A DNA stretch of 64,000 bases. Source: Macrostomum lignano (lineage: Eukaryota). The notes beneath the pieces are model-generated. The model made no database searches. It was not told the origin of the DNA and saw nothing but the letters and a program-made list of their open reading frames with translations. Below, piece after piece: positions 14,828-27,383 of the stretch. The first letter of the stretch is position 1, and each line of letters opens with the position of its first letter. The stretch covers positions 80,318 through 144,317 of the forward strand of contig NIVC01001864.1 in assembly GCA_002269645.1 (NCBI GenBank). The letters are read 5' to 3'. Both the position numbers and the translations under genes were made by a program.

Positions 14828-15647
14828 CATAGGCGTAGGAACAGGGGGAAAAGTGTGGGGGGGACAGTAATGGTAATCTGGCCCCTCCACATTTTAAATG
14901 CAAAATGTAGACTTTTTATTTCTTTTTTACTCTTATTTTTGGTTTTTGCTGCTTTGCATGAATGCATTTTGCTGCAGAGCGACGAAACATAGCGCCTGCA
15001 GCGCTTAATGAGTACCTGCGCTGCCAAAATGCAATGAGTGCCTGCGGCGCTAAAATGAGTGCCTGCGCTGCCAAAATGAGTGCCTGCGCTGCCAAAATGA
15101 GTGCCTGCGGCGCTAAAATGAGTGCCTGCGCTGCCAAAATGAATGCCTGCGGCGCTAAAATGAGTGCCTGCGCTGCCAAAATGAGTGCCTGCGGCGCTAA
15201 AATGAGTGCCTGCGCTGCCAAAATGAGTGCCTGCGGCGCTAAAATGATCGAGTGCCTGCGCTGCCAAAATGAGTGCCTGCGCTGCCAAAATGAGTGCCTG
15301 CGGCGCTAAAATGAGTGCCTGCGCTGCCAAAATGAATGCCTGCGGCGCTAAAATGAGTGCCTGCGCTGCCAAAATGAGTGCCTGCGCTGCCAAAATGAGT
15401 GCCTGCGGCGCTAAAATGAATGCCTGCAGCGCTAAAATGAGTGCCTGCGGCGCTAAAATGATTGCCTGCAGCGCCAGAATGAGTGCTGACAACACCGATT
15501 CTGAAAACAATCGGTACATGATAAATGTGCATTTCCCATATAAAAAAATATAAAATCTAACTCGACGGGCCCGGGCGTGCGCCCCACATCCCCCTAAATC
15601 CGCAACTGAACCTGCAAACCACCTTTTGAAACGTTCCTACGCCTATG
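14828..15647. mobile_element. Non-autonomous TIR element (MITE) carrying an internal 21-bp minisatellite
   Basis: Perfect 15-bp inverted termini CATAGGCGTAGGAAC (14828-14842) and GTTCCTACGCCTATG (15633-15647); no convincing TSD (ccacatcc vs cctatgcc). Confidence 0.7.
15034..15480. repeat. 21-bp minisatellite inside the MITE (GAGTGCCTGCGCTGCCAAAAT)
   Basis: Direct inspection. Confidence 0.92.
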
Positions 15648-17195
15648 CCTATGCCATATCCTATTTTCAATTTAATTTTGCACGTACATGTTCAAGTACT
15701 AAATTTTACAGCATTGCAAGCACTCGACGCGCACGGCCACTACACAGTACAATTCATGAATTTTAACTCGAATTTTAAAACTGAATTAGTTTAATATCTA
15801 ATTAAAACAAAAGAACTAAAATCATAGGATATTTCATAATTTATACATCCTTTTCATTTTTTAGAAGCAAAAAAATACACAAAGAAAATAAAATTCACAC
15901 ACTATGACTTTTTTTATAGTGTAAACAACTTGTCAAATTTGAAAGCATTTATCAACTAGGTTTTTTAACGTAAGGACTAAGCTGTTTTGTGCAATATCGC
16001 CAACTACATACATAAATTTCACGCAATACTTTTTTTAACTCCTTGCTTTTTCTTTCGCTTCGTTAGTCGTCCAAGTTTCGTTAATAACATTTCCGCATTC
16101 TTTCAAATACCATATTGCAAAACTCGTACTAATCGTAATTAAATAACTAGTGCTAAAATATTGTCTCCTATTCCTGAAGTAATCTTAAATACACAGCACA
16201 GAAATATATTGGCCAAACAGGCTTCTTGCCTGAGCCAACTTACTACTACGAAAACTTTTTTAGCTCGTACGTGGTATCAAAATCATCAAATGCTCTCCAG
16301 TCACCACAGGCCACACAGCACACTTAAAAAGTAGATATAATATTGTTAACTGCCGCCTACTTACGTGGAATTAACATTAATACCAGGCTACTTCTAAACA
16401 TTAATCTTAATTAGTATTTAGGCAGTAATTAATAACTAATTTAATTTTCCCACTGTATCATTCCATTTATTTGCTGTCATGTCCATGTCATGTTCATATG
16501 CAGATAGGCCTATTCAAAAGGATCGCCTGTAAATTAAAAGATAGGATTTGATAGACAGGTGATCGTACAGACGGTCTATTAATTTCTGAATATTTTTAGA
16601 AAACCCAGTGCATTTCGCTGATTAATGATTTATTTGTGTATAAAACATCATGTGATATTTTTACACATAGCATAGCTGCATAGGCGGCTACGCAAGGCCA
16701 ACATTTACATTTTATTAATATCCTGTAAAATCTCGTTAAAATAAAATTTGCTGCTAACAAATTTTCTGTGTACAATATCAAACATTGCATTTGCCTTAGG
16801 TCTATGTATCAAGATATTATATATCTAGGCCTATGATTTGATTTTATACACAATATATAACTTCTTTTTTATATCACAAATGTTTTGCCATACAATATAA
16901 AATGACAGTATGAAGTCTAATGATTTACATTCCAAAAAATTATTGGTCTTGCTCTGCAATTTTCATTCATTTGAGATAAGGTCAAGTTGTCTTTATTCTT
17001 TAGTAGAGCTAAAAGACTAGAACTTAATATGTTAGAATGGTTTTTTAAGAATTAAGATGATTTTTGGTTGTGATAATCCAAAATATATTTTGTAAATTAC
17101 AAATATTTTTTTGCAATTTTTAGACTCATTGATAGGCCTAGGTTTAGGATTATAGCTTTTTATAGAGACTGTTAAGATAGTAGGTAGGTTCTAAG

Positions 17196-18114
17196 CCCTA
17201 TTGGAATAAGTTTTCAGACACTGTGGACAGTGCATCTAGTGCGCCATGGCAATCATAAAGTGGCCTGGACGGTGCGTCATGACAATCTTCAAATCCTAAG
17301 GTGGTATGGACGCCATAGTCAGGAAGGTGGCAGAGTGTGCGCCGGAACAAATTTTGGCCTCTCCCAAAATTGTGCGCCGTGCGCCGACACAAAAACCCTC
17401 GTGTGCGCCGTTGTGCGCCCGCCACTACCTGCCTTGCGACAATAAAAGACCTTTTTTTACAACATAGCAACAATTTTTGTGCGCCAATATACGGGACGGT
17501 TACGGGCTATCTATATTATATTATGAGAAATTGAGATCGTTAAACCGAAAATAGAAATTTAAAAAATTTTTAATTAAATTTCTAATTTTTAAAACAAAAC
17601 AAACATAAAAAGTAAGCAAATGGCAAAAACAAAGGTAAAAAGGAAAAGGAAAATATTTTATTTTATTTTTTATTTTTTGGTAGAATGCAGTGTTACATTA
17701 GATAGAACAGTGAATAGTGTACTGTAACAAGTAACGACTTACATCGTTACATGGGATCGCCACAAGGGTAACGCTGCATGTGGCGCGGCGCCCGCCGCGC
17801 CGCGCCGCCATGCGCCGGTGTCCTCTGGTATGCGCCGTTGTGCGCCACTGTGCGCCAGTGCGCGTTTACAAGTTTACAAGTTTTACTTACAGTTTGCTGA
17901 ATTTCCACCGTGCTGCTGACTTTCTCCTGTGCATGCTTCTCATCCTTGTTCAGCAGCGCTGTATGTAGCGCGTGATGTCCTCCTTGCATCTTACCTGTGA
18001 GCTGCTGTGCGTCATGGCGCATGGCACGCGTAGCGCGCCATGCGCCATGACTATGAGGAAAAAGAAAAAGTGCGCCGGACGCCGTCCGCGAAAATACCAC
18101 TTATTCCAATAGGG
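17196..18114. mobile_element. 919-bp non-autonomous DNA transposon with an 8-bp TSD (hAT-like)
   Basis: Perfect 16-bp TIR CCCTATTGGAATAAGT; direct repeat GTTCTAAG at 17188-17195 and 18115-18122; at least 13 TGCGCC motifs clustered towards both ends; GC-rich island in AT-rich flanks. Confidence 0.9.
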
Positions 18115-18964
18115 GTTCTAAGTCCCAACAAATATACATCTAGGCCTTGTTGGCATACAAAAAATGACCAAGTTTAAGTTTTATAATCTACCTATTGAAT
18201 CTACTAATAATCTTATGTCTATAGTAGCTATAGAATGATATGAATTCTCTTGGCCTAATATAAAAAATAAACCCCAAAATGCAAAAGCAAGGAAACCTTC
18301 AATTCCTTTAAATTGAACCATTTGTATTATTTTTGCATTTGTAATTTATTATGAAAGATACAAATTGATTACCTTTATCAAAAGGAGATAGATTTAAGTA
18401 AATAAATTGAATGGATAATATTTTAGTTTATAAGAATTTCAAGTCCAATAAGTATACATGAAGGCTAAAAGGTTAAAAGTGTCTGAGTTTTCTGGCCAAT
18501 AATAGACTTTTTATAGACATTTGACTTTACAAACTTTACTATTAAACAGAATAAGATGAGTAATTCTTGTCATGTTTGTCTAATCCTCAAGTTTATTAAT
18601 ATCATGGCTTCATTATTCACTATTTATTTAACAAGTAGGATTTATAGAATTAGATATATTTAAAAAGTTTTAGATATATTTTCAATTAGATTTCAAAATG
18701 CTAATAATTTGTTTGAATATGCCTTATGCTTCAAATATTTAATAAAACTAAAAATCTAATTAATATACAAAAATAGTAAAAATTAATTTCCCAATTTCAG
18801 AAATTCAGATATTCCAAATAGATTGCAATATACCTTTGTCTGGTTTTGTTCATATATTTGAAGCCCTGATTGTGTCTAGATTGCTTCTACTACTGAGCTA
18901 ACTGGCCAGGCCTACTAGACAGTTTATTAAACAAAACGCCAGCCGCACTGGGGCTGCTGTGCCA

Positions 18965-19498
18965 ATGAAAGGCAGATACCCATCTCAGCAGTCATTGTTA
19001 AGCAGTGCTTCAACATTGCAACATAGCCAGCAACAGCAGCAGCAGTCTGTTGATCCATTTCGTCGTCATTTGCGCGGCCGCCTGAAGCCAGCAATCTGTC
19101 GGTTATTTAAACGAGTTCACGAGCAATCCAGATTAAGTTACACAATAGCCGATGATGCTCAAGAGTACCTGGAGAACTATGCAATTGAAAAACTGGCCAC
19201 TCTGTTTGAGCCCCAGGCTCCCAGCGACATCTATGAGGCCGAGGAGAAACTCGGCCAAGTCTACGCCTCTTGCAGCCTTGACCAGGAGCAAATCAACGAA
19301 CTGCGCGATCAGGCAATGCGAAAGAAAAAGAAAAATTCGACACTTTACGATTCGGTTCACAAGTCTGTACGATGCGACGAGATTGTCTGTCTGTTTATTG
19401 TTCTAGTCACCGAGTTCGTGCTGTGCGAAATCCTGCGCGTGTCCCTCACCTACATGATCAAGATTAAGGTTAACGACATTAAGAAAGTCGACATTAGG
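18965..19498 (+). CDS. SOS: Son of sevenless exon 1 (histone-fold domain)
   Basis: LRGRLKPAICRLFKRVH...DDAQEYLENY...LFIVLVTEFVLCEILRV...DIKKVDIR aligns to the SOS1 histone fold; GTAAGT donor at 19499; the true start could lie upstream. Confidence 0.85.
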
Positions 19499-19517
19499 GT
19501 AAGTCTCCTGGCTATCC

Positions 19518-20048
19518 CTGACCTCAGATCCTTCTCAATGAGCTGCTACCCCTGACCTCAGATCCTTCTCAATGAGCTGCTACCCCTGACCTCAGATCCT
19601 TCTCAATGAGCTGCTACCCTGACCTCAGATCCTTCTCAATGAGCTGCTACCCCTGACCTCAGGTCCTTCTCAATGAGCTGCTACCCCTGACCTCAGGTCC
19701 TTCTCAATGAGCTACTAGCTACCCCTGACCTCAGGTCCTTCTCAATGAGCTGCTACCCCTGACCTCAGATCCTTCTCAATGAGCTGCTACCCCTGACCTC
19801 AGGTCCTTCTCAATGAGCTGCTACCCTGACCTCAGATCCTTCTCAATGAGCTGCTACCCCTGACCTCAGGTCCTTCTCAATGAGCTGCTACCCCTGACCT
19901 CAGGTCCTTCTCAATGAGCTACTAGCTACCCCTGACCTCAGGTCCTTCTCAATGAGCTGCTACCCCTGACCTCAGGTCCTTCTCAATGAGCTACTAGCTA
20001 CCCCTGACCTCAGGTCCTTCTCAATGAGCCTCCACCCCTGACCTCAGA
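19518..20048. repeat. 34-35-bp minisatellite in SOS intron 1
   Basis: Unit CCTGACCTCAG(A/G)TCCTTCTCAATGAGCTGCTACC. Confidence 0.95.
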
Positions 20049-20162
20049 TCCTTACTACTTGTCCTAAGCAAGTATTTTAGACAATAGACAGACGTTCGTT
20101 AGCAAAAGAGGCCAATTTCTGCAGCCAAACATGCCTCATCCCCGATTCCCCAACACCTGCAG

Positions 20163-21891
20163 ATCGTAGTGGACACATTCTTCTCCAATCAGGCATCCGC
20201 ACCGGCCGAGTCTACATGGCCACAAGACTACATGGCCACTTTCCCTACTGAATATCGCCGAGCAATTAACGAGTTAATCTACTTTGAGGAAACATTTGCC
20301 CAGCAACTGCAGATTATTGGCCAGCTGTTTAAACAACCTCTAGTGGACCTGTGCCCCAGCTCGCCCGATGTTGACACCATATTTAGCGCATTATCAGCCA
20401 TCACCGAGTGTACAAACTTTCTCTACGTTGCTCTTGACGATAGTCGCAATATTACTGAGCACCCGCCAATCGGGCACTGCTTCTACGAGCTGTCCGAAGA
20501 GGGCCACTTTGACAGCTACGCCAAGTACGCCCAGGACGTATTGTCCGTCAAATGCCGCGATCGCCTATTCGAATTGTTGGGAAACAGTTTGGTTAAGGAG
20601 AAATTCGAAACAGTCGGCCGGGAGATCGAGCTGCAGGCGGCCGGGCACCTCAGCTATTATTCCCTTCTGTCTTCCTGCCCTGCCCCCGTGCCTCCGCCTG
20701 CGGCAGGGGCAGCTTCCAAGAAGAACTCCGACGCAGATGGATCTTCGGCTCAGAATCATCTCAATTTTTATTCACATCATCATCATCATCAGGTGTCGGA
20801 TTCTGTATCAGCTGCCTCCTCGACGGCTACTCTGACTTCCCTGTCAACTGCAACTACATGCGCTTCGAGTTCAGCCTCGCCAGCCGGCTTGGAGCAGGGC
20901 GAAGAGCTCCGGGCCGTGATGCTGCTGGCCTGCCGGTATCTGCTGCCGAAACTGCTGCTAGTGCCAGTTTATCACTTCTTGTACTACGACAGGATATTGG
21001 AGAGATTTGAACAGTTGCAAGAGAAGAATATGTGGCATTGTAGAAACGGCTCGTCCACTGCTAGGTCTGCTTCTTCTGGTGGAGCGGAATTAGAGTCTGC
21101 CGACGATGCAGATGCGGCTAGCCAGCAGCAGCCATCCTTGTGCGGCAGTCCAGTCACCAGCGGGTATAATGCCGATAGGCGTCGATCCTCATCGTCCCTA
21201 CCTGTTGAGGTGTGCAGCGACGATCGGGACACTATAGTGCAGACCAGATCCATCCTAGTGTCCACTAGTCATCGGGTTAAACGGACACTTGACGAGTTTG
21301 AGCGTCGGCCGGTGCCAGCAGCGACCGTCTCGCCTGCTTCCCTTCCTGGCGTCGGTAGCAACGGCGACGACTCCGTGTCGCTAAGCGTCAGTCCGACTGG
21401 CGGCTCCGACATTGAAGAATCGGCGTCTGTTGTTGCAGCAGCGGCGGCTTCAGGTGCGGCCAGTCGGATGTCTAACCAGCAGCAGCGCTCTGTGCTGTTG
21501 AATCCGCTGGCCTCCAGGCTGTTCTTTCACGCATCGATGAGCGCGCCAGACTCCATGCACACGGACCGGGCCTGCAGTAAGAAACTCGCCCAGCTGCGCT
21601 CAATGACCCGGTCGGCGCCGGAGCTCGATCTGGCCAAGCCGCGCTGTACAATCTTCTACAAGGAGGGCACCCTGTACCAGATGGAACGGGCCGGCCGGTT
21701 TCAAGAGCGCCGAGTCTATCTGTTTAATAATCGATTGTTTGTGATGAAGGCTAGCAAAACACTGCCGCTGCGCAGTATTAATGAAGAATATCGATTGAAG
21801 CGGGTTGTGTTCCTTCTGCAGCATCGCTTCGTGCTGGTTGACCATCCGAAGCCTGTGACCAAGCCTGCCGCGGCTGGAGGCACAGAAGAGG
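20163..21891 (+). CDS. SOS: SOS exon 2 (DH domain and most of PH)
   Basis: HPPIGHCFYELSEEGHFDSYAKYAQDVL, RYLLPKLLLVPVYHFLYY, FYKEGTL...ERRVYLF, EYRLK match the SOS DH-PH; CTGCAG acceptor, GTTCGT donor phase 1. Confidence 0.93.
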
Positions 21892-21924
21892 GTTCGTGTT
21901 CTTGTCCTTTATTATTGCGTCACT

Positions 21925-23682
21925 GTCCGTCTGGTGATCTGGTCCCTGTCACTTAACTGTCCGTCTGGTGATCTGGTCCCTGTCACTTAACTGTCTGTCT
22001 GGTGATCTGGTCCCTGTCACTGAACTGTGTCTGGTGATCTGGTCCCTGTCACTGAACTGTCTGTCTGGTGATCTGTTCCCTGTCACTGAACTGTCTGTCT
22101 GGTGATCTGGTCCCTGTCACTTAACTGTCTGTCTGGTGATCTGGTCCCTGTCACTGAACTGTCCGTCTGGTGATCTGGTCCCTGTCACTGAACTGTCTGT
22201 CTGGTGATCTGGTCCCTGTCACTGAACTGTCTGTCTGGTGATCTGTTCCCTGTCACTGAACTGTCTGTCTGGTGATCTGGTCCCTGTCACTTAACTGTCT
22301 GTCTGGTGATCTGGTCCCTGTCACTTAACTGTCTGTCTGGTGATCTGGTCCCTGTCACTGAACTGTCCGTCTGGTGATCTGGTCCCTGTCACTTAACTGT
22401 CCGTCTGGTGATCTGGTCCCTGTCACTTAACTGTCTGTCTGGTGATCTGGTCCCTGTCACTGAACTGTGTCTGGTGATCTGGTCCCTGTCACTGAACTGT
22501 CTGTCTGGTGATCTGTTCCCTGTCACTGAACTGTCTGTCTGGTGATCTGGTCCCTGTCACTTAACTGTCTGTCTGGTGATCTGGTCCCTGTCACTTAACT
22601 GTCTGTCTGGTGATCTGGTCCCTGTCACTGAACTGTGTCTGGTGATCTGGTCCCTGTCACTGAACTGTCTGTCTGGTGATCTGTTCCCTGTCACTGAACT
22701 GTCTGTCTGGTGATCTGGTCCCTGTCACTTAACTGTCTGTCTGGTGATCTGGTCCCTGTCACTGAACTGTCCGTCTGGTGATCTGGTCCCTGTCACTGAA
22801 CTGTCTGTCTGGTGATCTGGTCCCTGTCACTGAACTGTCTGTCTGGTGATCTGGTCCCTGTCACTTAACTGTCTGTCTGGTGATCTGGTCCCTGTCACTT
22901 AACTGTCTGTCTGGTGATCTGGTCCCTGTCACTTAACTGTCTGTCTGGTGATCTGGTCCCTGTCACTGAACTGTCCGTCTGGTGATCTGGTCCCTGTCAC
23001 TGAACTGTCTGTCTGGTGATCTGGTCCCTGTCACTGAACTGTCTGTCTGGTGATCTGGTCCCTGTCACTTAACTGTCTGTCTGGTGATCTGGTCCCTGTC
23101 ACTGAACTGTCTGTCTGGTGATCTGGTCCCTGTCACTTAACTGTCTGTCTGGTGATCTGGTCCCTGTCACTGAACTGTCTGTCTGGTGATCTGGTCCCTG
23201 TCACTGAACTGTGTCTGGTGATCTGGTCCCTGTCACTTAACTGTCTGTCTGATGATCTGGTCCCTGTCACTTAACTGTCTGTCTGGTGATCTGGTCCCTG
23301 TCACTGAACTGTGTCTGGTGATCTGGTCCCTGTCACTGAACTGTCTGTCTGGTGATCTGTTCCCTGTCACTGAACTGTCTGTCTGGTGATCTGGTCCCTG
23401 TCACTTAACTGTCTGTCTGGTGATCTGGTCCCTGTCACTGAACTGTCCGTCTGGTGATCTGGTCCCTGTCACTGAACTGTCTGTCTGGTGATCTGGTCCC
23501 TGTCACTGAACTGTCTGTCTGGTGATCTGGTCCCTGTCACTTAACTGTCTGTCTGGTGATCTGGTCCCTGTCACTGAACTGTCTGTCTGGTAATCTGATC
23601 CCTGTCACTGAACTGTCTGTCTGGTGATCTGGTCCCTGTCACTGAACTGTCTGTCTGGTGTTCTGGTCCCTGTCACTTAACT
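21925..23682. repeat. 34-bp minisatellite in SOS intron 2
   Basis: Unit CTGTCTGTCTGGTGATCTGGTCCCTGTCACT(G/T)AA. Confidence 0.97.
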
Positions 23683-24214
23683 TTTATGCATACAACAAAT
23701 AGACTTATTTTTCTATTGCTACAATACATTGCCTTTTAAATAATCCAGGTGTTAAGACTATAAACTTTTTCTAACTGGCCAGGCCCTCGCTTAGCTTGTA
23801 CTGACTCGATTCTGTACCCGCACAGGCCTGTGCGTGCGTGTCTTGTCACTGTGTGACCGGAGCTGACGCGTAAAAATGCGTATTTTCTGCGTCAGTCCGT
23901 TAGCTTGTCGCTTGTCTGCGCGCGTGCATGCGTTTGATACGGAGAAATTGTTGGCAATCTTTGCATACCAATCTCTATCCACCTCTCCTTGTGCCTTTGG
24001 AACTTTGGAACTTTGCCACTGAGTTTGTTAGCAGTTTATTTATTACTAGCAAACCCGCCGCGAATTCATATTGACGCTGGGGTTGCTAAAAATGTAAGCT
24101 TACTCAGGTTTAATCTTGCTGAAAAATATGTGATTCATTGGTTATTCATTATTGTTGCTAAAAATGTTTCCTACTTGGAGTGTTGGCTAATTGCCAGCTG
24201 GAAGCTTGCGTATT

Positions 24215-24890
24215 AGGTTTCATACTAGAAGTTTGTCTCAGTCTATTAGGTTTTGTGTTAGAAGTGCGTCTTAGTCTATTAGGTTTTGTGTTAGAAGTGC
24301 GTCTTAGTCTATTAGGTTGGATATTAGAAGTGCGTCTTAGCCTATTAGGTTGGATATTAGAAGTGCGTCTTAGCCTATTAGGTTGGATATTAGAAGTGCG
24401 TCTTAGCCTATTAGGTTGGATATTAGAAGTGCGTCTTAGCCTATTAGGTTGGATATTAGAAGTGCGTCTTAGCCTATTAGGTTGGATATTAGAAGTGCGT
24501 CTTAGCCTATTAGGTTGGATATTAAAAGTGCGTCTTAGTCTATTAGGTTGGATATAAGAAGTTTGTCTTAGCCTATTAGGTTGGATATAAGAAGTTTGTC
24601 TTAGCTTATTAGGTTGAATATAAGAAGTTTGTCTTAGCTTATTAGGTGGGTATTAGAAGTTTGTCTTGGTCTATTAGGTTTCGTATTGGAAGTTTGCCGT
24701 AGTCTATTAGGTGGGGTATTAGAAGTGTGTTCTAGTTTAGTACGAGCGTAGGTTGGGTATTAGAAGTTTTTCTTAGTCTATTAGGTTAGATATAGAAGTT
24801 TGTCTTAGTCTGTTAGGTTTTTCATTAGAAGTTTGTCCTACTCGTAGTCTATTACTTTGGGTATTAGACGTGCGTCTTTGTCTATTAGGT
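24215..24890. repeat. 33-bp minisatellite with a homogeneous core and degenerate edges
   Basis: Unit TTAGAAGTGCGTCTTAGCCTATTAGGTTGGATA. Confidence 0.9.
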
Positions 24891-25196
24891 TAGTAATTTT
24901 AAAAGCCATATGTTGGCCACTCGTAGAGTTGGTACCCAGCTGGAATCCTGTTTCTTGTCAGTGTGCGCCCGGCTAGCAGCAGTCATACATTATTAAGTGT
25001 TACTAAGAAATCCGACCTCATTTGTGGAGACCGCTCATTGCTTTTCTTGTCTGCTACTAGCCTTCCCCCCCCCTCCTTGCGTCTGTTCGCCGCTCTGACG
25101 AATTGTTGACGTCAATGCTGGCGCATGTAAACAATTTGATACTATTGATAATAACAAATGCTATTGTTTATTGTTATTATTATCATTTTTCTGTCC

Positions 25197-25990
25197 CTGG
25201 GGTCAGCAAAACTTTTTACCTCAAGGGCCAAATAAAGAAAATACCTCATGGTTGCTGGCCAGGTGACGAGGGAATAGCGAGGAGAGAGAAAAGGAGAGAT
25301 GTGAGATGTAATGAGAGAAAAGAGAAGAAAGGAGAGGAGAGAGAAGAGGAAAGAGATGTGAGATGTAATGAGAGAAAAGAGAAGAAAGGAGAGGAGAGAG
25401 AAGAGGAAAGAGATGTGAGATGTAATGTGAGAAAAGAGAAGAAAGGAGAGGAGAGAGAAGAGGAAAGATATGTGAGATGTAATGTGAGAAAAGAGAAGAA
25501 AGGAGAGGAGAGAGAAGAGGAAAGAGATGTGAGATGTAATGTGAGAAAAGAGAAGAAAGGAGAGGAGAGAGAAGAGGAAAGAGATGTGAGATGTAATGTG
25601 AGAAAAGAGAAGAAAGGAGAGGAGAGAGAAGAGGAAAGAGGAGATGTGAGATGAGCTGAGAGAGAAGAGAGCAAACAGAAGGAGAGAGAAGAAGAAAGAA
25701 GAGATGTGAGATGAGATGAGAGAGGAGATCAAAGAGAAGACAGAAGAGGAAAGAGGAGATGTGAGATGAGATGAGAAAGAAGATATAAGAGAGAAGAGGA
25801 AAGAGATGTGAGAGAAGAGATCAAAGAGAGGAGAGGAGAGGGAAAAGGATATGAGAGAGAGAAGAGAGGAGAGGAGAGTGAAAAGGGGAAGAGGAGACGT
25901 GAGATAAAATGAGAGAGAAGAGATCAATGACCATTGGCCTAGCCGCAACCAGTTTGGTCTGGAGCGCGTTGCAAGTCTTGCACAACTCTG
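25197..25990. mobile_element. Degraded hAT-type MITE related to the 56412 element, with its GA-rich interior expanded
   Basis: Left end CTGGGGTCAGCAAA...AAGGGCCAAATAAA is shared with 56412; GA-rich interior; right end degenerate; no TSD match. Confidence 0.45.
25295..25650. repeat. 57-bp GA-rich minisatellite
   Basis: 19-aa periodicity in the ORF track (ERDVRCNVRKEKKGEEREE). Confidence 0.9.
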
Positions 25991-26493
25991 AAGCCGCCAT
26001 GCATGCGGCTAGGGAGGGGAGGGCTTGAGCCCTGGATTGGAGGACGGAGGTGTGTGTACGCTGGGCTTGGGCCTGGATTTCGGCTGGTCCTGCACTTTAA
26101 TTATAAACCAACTTTGTGCGTACTTCGTCTCCCCGTTCCTCCTGGTGTGTTCCGTCCGTCCGTCTGCCTAGACTTTATTTTAATACGGCTAAGTTTGTGT
26201 GTTTACATAGCGCAAACTTGTGTATATAACTAATTCTATTGTGGCTGAAAATAATAGATTAACTATGGTGTAATAATCTGATTTCTAAACAAGTGACGCT
26301 GGGATGAATGCAAGTCTATTGTGGGGGCAACTTCCTGCATCCAAGGCTTTATTTTCAGACCTAGCCTTCTCTTTACCTAATGTTAATAATGAATTGTGCA
26401 TTATTAATTTATTATACAATTCCAGGCTGAATTAGGCTATTAAGCTCCTTTGGGAAATAAGTTGAGTAAAATTGAGGCGCCTAGGAGAAACAG

Positions 26494-26496
<3 letters not shown>

Positions 26497-26569
<73 letters not shown>

Positions 26570-26640
26570 GTCAGACAGACAGACAGTCAAACAAACAGAC
26601 AGACAGACAGACAGACACTAAGACAGACAGACAGACACTA

Positions 26641-26673
<33 letters not shown>

Positions 26674-26780
26674 CAGTCAGACAGACAGACAGACACCAAG
26701 ACAGACAGACAGACAGAAACACTAAGACAGACACTAAGACAGACAGACAGACAGACAGAAACACTAAGACAGACAGACAC
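26497..26780. repeat. (GACA)n array with GACACTAA variants
   Basis: Direct inspection. Confidence 0.95.
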
Positions 26781-27383
26781 CCGAAAGTTACTAACATTAA
26801 TCGTAAACATGAATCACACATTTATCAAACATTATCGCACATTTGAAGCAAACTCAATAAATTTCTTCAGCACATGAAGAATATGATTATTATTAATGCA
26901 TCACGCAGTTAAGCCATGCGAATCAGTCGGATAGTTATAATACAGATATGGAATACAATAATATATGGAAAAAATAAAACACTTCCTTTGACTTGACGCG
27001 ATTTTAAGCCTCTCTGTCTCTCTCGCTCTCTCCGCTGCTATTGCGGGGGCGAATCTAGGGTTGGCAACGGGCCCTGGATTTGGGGCCAATCTCTGTCTGT
27101 CAGTCTGTCTACTAATATACAGTATCTGCGCCTGAGTCAGTCAGTCCGTTAACCCCCCCCCCCCAGTTCTGTGACGCGTTACGATTTCTTCTGTAGAGGA
27201 GAGAGAGAGAGATCTCTACGCACTCTGTCTCTTCACCTCCCCGCCGCTCCCCTCCCCTCTCCAGCCGTCCCAGGTCCGAATTGACGTGGTCAACAGCCAG
27301 GGCCTGGATCTATTTATAGGCCTCGCCTTACCTTCCCAAGCATCCAGTCATGTCTTGGCCGCGCCATCCCTTCTGTTAAGTTC

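Noticed and set aside
19499-19555. Read-through VSLLAIPDL after SOS exon 1 resembles human VAMCADK
   Set aside because: No in-phase GT follows it and GTAAGT at 19499 is a perfect donor; kept as intron, although a 7-aa gap versus SOS1 remains unexplained
21925-23682. Regular 34-bp repeats superficially like a CRISPR array (likewise 19518, 38270, 61430)
   Set aside because: Head-to-tail units with no unique spacers, no cas genes, eukaryotic intron context
25938-26013. 10-bp inverted repeat CCTAGCCGCA/TGCGGCTAGG
   Set aside because: No TSD, and short enough to occur by chance
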